This document shows, in pieces, positions 58,652 to 64,000 of a DNA stretch of 64,000 bases (position 1 is the first letter of the stretch; every line of letters starts with the position of its first letter). Source of the stretch: Podarcis melisellensis (taxonomy: Eukaryota). The DNA is taken from the NCBI GenBank assembly GCA_964234715.1, contig OZ174276.1, one strand, 5' to 3'. Both the position numbers and the translations under genes were made by a program. A model generated the notes under the pieces. That model saw nothing but the letters and a program-made list of their open reading frames with translations. It made no database searches and was not told the DNA's origin.

Positions 58652-59029
58652 AGTTAGCGAGACAAGCAACTCAACTTCATATGAAAATAGGTATTCCCTT
58701 TCCCTTCCCAGGAATGCAATCCATCATTGCATGATAATATAGGAATCAGAACCCAGAAGAACTGTGTGGGATACCTCTCACATGATTTCACTGAACATGA
58801 TCCTCCTGGGATAAACGTATGGACCATTGTTCTTAAAAATCTTTGGGGATAGTACTGATAGCATCACTCTCTTGAATGTCCAGATACATTCGTGCATGTG
58901 AAGTCACACTTCTTATATGAATAACCCTGCCTTGGTCATGCATTCAGGTGCAAAGTAGCACTGAAGGCAGATTGAGGAACCAGCAAAGGCAACGAACGTA
59001 TACTACAGCAGCTCAGAGCTACAAACAGA

Positions 59030-59932
59030 CAGGACTTGGATTTTATTTATTTTTTTAATAAATACAATTTACATTAAAGAAAAAAAAGGCCTTCGATTTG
59101 TAGTTTTCACACAAGGGCAAAAGGGAAAGGGGAAAAAAATAAAAATTTAAAATTCCAAACACAAAAATATGTAGGAAGGGGGTGAGGCTAGGAGCTTGTA
59201 AACTAGAGTCCTTCATCTCCAGCAATGGCAGATTCTGAGCAAGACAGAACGGGATCTCTAGTCTTCTGCCATGGCTACTATAGCAGGAACTCGCAGGGCT
59301 TTTGTCAGGAGTCATCAGACAAAAAAAACAAAAACCCGAACATTTCACAGCAGGTAGCAACACATCCATTAAAAAATTATGTTCAAAATAAAAATCACCT
59401 ACAGCTTTTACAATCCATGATTCAATCCCACCCTGCCTGCCACACTTTTCAGTAAAAATGCCCTTTTTAAACTTATTTATCCCCCAGAAACTCGTCATAG
59501 TGACTAAACATTAGAAGATTACAAATCCATACCCTCTTTATAATACCTGCCTGTTTTGTTTTTTATCCTTTTTTTTTGTTTCATATAAAACTATTTCTGT
59601 TCTTTAGGAAAGAACTTTATACAAAGAAAATATATTGTGAAATATCTTCGGAACTCCCCGTGGAGAGGAGAGTCATGTCTCAGCCTCAAAACCAAAAATA
59701 AAAAGGCAGAGAAAAATAAAGGTCAAGCCCCTGGCTCTCTTGGTAGGAAGGTTCCAGATGTGTCAGGAGCCTGCATCTGTCCACTGCAAGATCAGAAGGG
59801 CTAGAGTTCTTTAGATGGGTCTCCCAAGAATTAGGATATGAGCGGCTGCTCAGTATCACCTCCTGGATTTGGCCTCCTGGCTTCCGAGAACGGAGCTTTC
59901 CTGCTGCCAACATCCTGTGGGGTGGCCACTCC
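59030..59932 (-). other. DCAF1: DCAF1 3' UTR
   Basis: U-rich on the minus strand; minus-strand AATAAA at 59042-59047 and 59046-59051. Confidence 0.7.
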
Positions 59933-59991
59933 TCACTCATTCAGAGATAAGATTATGTCATCTTCCAAATCCAAATTATCTGAGCTGTCAG
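59933..59991 (-). CDS. DCAF1: DCAF1/VPRBP last coding exon (DSSDNLDLEDDIILSLNE*)
   Basis: Minus strand cctttccag|CT GAC AGC ... AAT GAG TGA matches the recalled DCAF1 C-terminus DIILSLNE; synteny; upstream exons lie beyond the window. Confidence 0.9.
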
Positions 59992-60677
59992 CTGGAAAGG
60001 GGACAAATGGGTTATTTGAGCAATGCAAAGTCTGATATGTCAAAAAGACACCAAAGCAGGGTAACTTGTTCCAAGTCAAATACGAAAGACCATGCACAGG
60101 CACCCTTTAGAGTGGTATGCCATCTAGAAACCATAAACAATGTGCAAAACAGGACTGTTTCACCACAAGCCAAGGCACAGCTCCTCATTATAAAGAGAAT
60201 ACTTACCACCAGAGTGAGATGCCTTCAGGAATTACTGAAAACACTCTAGAGAATCAGTATGTAGCTCCAAAATCCTCTGTAGTGGGAGTAAAAGATGCAA
60301 CGGGCACTAAAACAAGGTGAGTTTCCAGAGACACAGCATGGGTACAATATATTGTTCCTAAGCTGAAGCGTATACTATTTAGGGAGAAAGGCAAGGACAG
60401 GATTTAACTGACCAACGCAACCAGAGGAGAATGACTACCAAGGAGAGTCAATTTAGACAAGCAGTTGCCACCTTACAATCAGCTGTCCTTCACATCCACA
60501 AACACAGCTGAAGTAACTGCTTATTTCTATTATATCTTAAAAAGAAACGTTTTGGACTGTTTTTAAATACAATGGAAGTTTTAAAGACTTTCCAAAGAAG
60601 GGAGAGTTCCAGGTAGGTAGCCGTGTTGGTCTGCCGTAGTCGAAACAAAATAAAAAAATCCTTCCAGTAGCACCTTA

Positions 60678-61030
60678 AAGGTAAAGGTAAAGGGACCCCT
60701 GACTATTAGGTCCAGTCGTTGCTGACTCTGGGGTTGCGGCGCTCATCACGCTCTATAGGCCGAGGGAGCCGGCGTACAGCTTCCGGTCATGTGGCCAGCG
60801 TGACTAAGCCGCTTCTGGCGAACCAGAGCAGCGCACGGAAATGCCGTTTACCTTCCCACCGGAGTGGTACCTATTTATCTACTTGCACTGGTGTGCTTTG
60901 AAACTGCTAGGTTAGCAGGAGCTGGGACAGAGCAACGGGAGCTCACCCCGTCGCAGGGATTCGAACCGCCGACCTTCTGATCGGCAAGTCCTAGGCTGTG
61001 TGGTTTAACCCACAGCGCCACCCACGTCCC
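60678..61030 (-). mobile_element. Sauria SINE (Squam1), full length
   Basis: Minus strand starts GGGACG..GTGGCGCTGTGG, box B GGTTCGAATCC, (ACCTTT)n tail, perfect 10-bp TSD TAGCACCTTA (60668-60677 / 61031-61040). Confidence 0.93.
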
Positions 61031-61063
61031 TAGCACCTTAGAGACCAACTAATTTTGTTATTG

Positions 61064-61101
61064 GTATGAGCTTTCGTGTGCATGCACACCTCTTCAGATA
61101 C
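61064..61101 (-). ncRNA. Minimal type I hammerhead ribozyme (Penelope-type)
   Basis: Minus RNA: GUAU-CUGAAGA-G-GUGUG-CAUG-CACAC-GAAA-GC-UC^AUAC; all core nucleotides present, 4-bp stem I, palindromic stem II, AGCU palindrome in place of stem III. Confidence 0.8.
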
Positions 61102-64000
61102 ACTGAAACAGAAGTCACCAGACCCTTCTATATAGTGAGAGGGTGGGGAGGGTCAACAGGTTTACCACACCTATCAGCCAATCACCCATTCCCACCACCC
61201 TTCTGAGTAATACCCCTTCCCACCCTCTCAACGTAGTTGGTCTCTAAGGTGCTACTGGAAGGAATTTTTTTATTTTGCTTCAAACAAGGGAGACAAATGA
61301 ATGAGCTGTTTTGTACAACCCTGCTGCTGTGCACCCCCTTTTTTGCACAAACAGAAGGAGGGCAGAATCAGCACAAGTGGCCCAGCTCAAAACAGAAGCG
61401 AGTACCTCTTTTCTTGAGCGACTTTCCTCACCCAGCATATAGTAAGTATAAGGTAAACCAGCCACAAGGGAAGCTGCTGTTGGGATACAGTAAAGTCTAC
61501 AAGAGGGCAACTGGGTGACGTGAATTATGTGCAATATTTCTGTCTCCAAAATAGTACTTGCTTCTTGGTAAGTTGATTGGTACCACACCACAGCTCAAGG
61601 GACAGGGGGAAAAACACTCAGTGATCATTCAGGTGGCCTTTTCCCCTAACTCTTGTATAAAATCTGTCTAGGATATGGAAGAGTTGTCTTCATCAGCAGG
61701 ATCCACCTAAACAACTCTGAAGAAACGCAAGCACATTCACAAGCAATTCCTAACCCCTAGTTTTCCTAACGGAGTCCTTGATGAGATCTTCAAGGACACA
61801 CTTTCTTGAAATCAACAAAAACCACCTCCTGCCAGAATACCAGCAGAAAAAAGACCGGGCAGGTCTTTTTCAGGGTATGTGGAGTGGATATTGGCCGACG
61901 GTGCTCTTCAGAGGGAACTCTGCAAAGGTATATTTGAAAGTAGCAGTTCAGGAATCTGATACAATAATGAAGTGTGCACCATTGTCTACATGAGATGATG
62001 CCCCTGGGATTTGAGCATCGGTGAAAAGAAGAGTCTTTTTGCAAGGCAGATAGAAAGGCACTAACTCTGAGAAGGAGGTACCAATAAAGCACACATGGGA
62101 ACACACAAACACACACACCAGATTTACACAGCTTTTTTTTTTTAAAGGAAAAGCCTCGTTTTAATGTCATGGTTGGAATGGCTGTGGAGGGGGTCCACCT
62201 GAGCTTCTCTTTCATCTCTATTCCTTTGAATGTAAGCGTTTAACTCCTTTGTGGACCATTAATCCCTAGTTCCATCCCATGTGGGTTTATTGGACTCCTT
62301 TTCCTCTCTCTACTAGTTTTTCCATGTAACAGTTATAGCTCTAAGTAATCATTTTTAAATCAGAGTCTAAATCTCCTTTACATTCTTACCTAGACGAAAG
62401 CCCCACTAAATTCAACTAGATTTTTTTCCTGAGTACACATTGATAAGATTGCACTGTAAATGTGTTTGCAGCTTACATGATCTGCACTTTCAAGATCCAA
62501 TCACAAACGTTTAGAATCCAGGATTTTCCTCCATCTGAATAATTATTGTTATTTTTCTCTCTGTCATACTCTCTCCCTCTCTTCCATTCCACCCAACTAA
62601 TCAAACCCACACATAAACAGTTATTGATAGGGCATGTGTGAAATGGACTTAAAACCAGCTCACAGCTAATGCTGCATAAAAGTCATCAAAACGAGGACTA
62701 GAAACAGCAAACAGTTTAGCTGGCTAGTGTGCCCCCATAAAAGACAACCAGGCTGCAAACCAATCCCAAGGAAAAAGATGATGTCTGACCTGTGAATACA
62801 TCTTCATTTGAGTGTGATAATAGATGAATAGGAGCACTTAAATTCCTTTAAACGTTCAGCAACCAAGTGGCATCTGCATGAAGTGAGCATTCTAGCGTGT
62901 GTCATCTGCTTACTACGCAGAATACATACTTATCCTCCCGAAGTGTAAATATGCCAATCTATTCCTGCATGCTATCAATGCTTGCCCTCTGCTTCCACAC
63001 ACTCCTCCCAAAATGCCCCACCAGTGCCACATTTCCCCACCATCACCACCCCTTCTTGCAAGTGCATCCTCCACCACCACCTCCCATGTTTTTCGTGATG
63101 CTTCACACTAAAAAGTCCCCAGAAGAGCAATGTCAGCCAAATACTTATTTTGCACGACAGATGCTAGACAGAAGCAACTGGGAGGACCTGTGATATGGAA
63201 CAAGCAGATCCACAGAACCGCATGTTCTGCCTGAGAACAGAGACAACAGGAAGGTGGAGCTGTTTATTTGTGTTTGCATATTGTGAGACTTTGGAAGGAA
63301 GCTGCCTAGATGTGAGAAGAGGCAGGGAAACCATGCAATGAAACTATTAAAAAACAAATACTTTCAGTAATGCTCCCTTTCTGGCATCACTAGCTTCTGC
63401 TGGAATGCACAGGCTATTTTTTCAGCTGCAATCCAGAACCCTCTAATGGGCTTATTTCCCCCAGTAATGTACAACAATTGCACAGCATCTTTTTAGATAC
63501 AATCCATCTTTTAATTAGAGCTCTGCAACATGTCCTGGTGGGATATGAACAAAATACCTACCACCATTAAGAACATAGAGGACTGACAAATAAACAAGAA
63601 AATCGCTGGAGACCTGACAGGGTGCTTGCCCCCAGGTTCATGTGCCTGATTGCAGAGAAGCAGGGCGGCACTACAACAAAACAAGAGAAGAGCACACATG
63701 AGTCTGCTAGCAAAAGCATTTTAGCTCAGGATGAACGGAAACGGGACCAGACTGGGACAGAGGGTTGTCTTCTCAAACACTCCCAGCAACACGTCACCTT
63801 CCAGGCATCCGATGTCCTGCCTCTGCTGAAATTAACAGCAAAGGTTCCAGCGATTTCACTGAAGGGAAGCCTCTCTCTCCCCCCACCCATAGCTTCCCCC
63901 ACCAAGACTACCTTAAATTCCCAAGATTACACACACAAGCACACCAGTTGTGAAATTTAAGAATTTTGCTCCAACATAAATGATTAACTTTCTTGTGACG

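Larger units (their letters stand above)
60605..61280 (-). mobile_element. Penelope-like element pLTR remnant, inverted arrangement, interrupted by a Sauria SINE
   Basis: CAAAATAAAAAAATCCTTCCAGTAGCACCTTA|GAGACCAACT recurs inverted at ~61235-61278; TGAGAGGGTGGG recurs inverted at ~61218-61230; hammerhead core present. Confidence 0.8.

Noticed and set aside
60000-64000. Further DCAF1 coding exons (acidic D/E-rich penultimate exon)
   Set aside because: No minus-strand acidic open segment with splice sites found; it presumably lies beyond the window.
1-64000. CRISPR arrays, operons or other prokaryotic systems
   Set aside because: Sequence is spliceosomal-intron-rich vertebrate DNA; no repeat-spacer arrays seen.

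Overview
Vertebrate genomic DNA from a squamate reptile, probably a lacertid lizard (inferred from Sauria/Squam1 and Squam3-type SINEs). It covers the conserved DOCK3-MANF-RBM15B-DCAF1(VPRBP) block. In order: the last 20 coding exons of DOCK3 (+; DHR-2 Rac-GEF domain and Ser/Pro-rich tail, including two frame-preserving cassette exons and a U12-type intron) with a ~3.5 kb 3' UTR; complete 4-exon MANF (+) with a CpG-island promoter bearing ERSE-like boxes; intronless RBM15B (+, 923 aa); and the terminal exon of DCAF1 (-), converging tail-to-tail with RBM15B. Introns hold many transposon relics. The most notable are (i) a degenerate but structurally complete DIRS1-type tyrosine-recombinase retrotransposon (ITRs + ICR, RNase H/methyltransferase/YR remnants, CTCF-like motif in both ITRs) and (ii) a Penelope-like pLTR remnant carrying an intact minimal hammerhead ribozyme on the sense strand of the last DCAF1 intron. 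There is one 200-N assembly gap. Most ORFs in the supplied track are spurious. Gene and repeat identities come from recalled protein/repeat sequences, not database searches.
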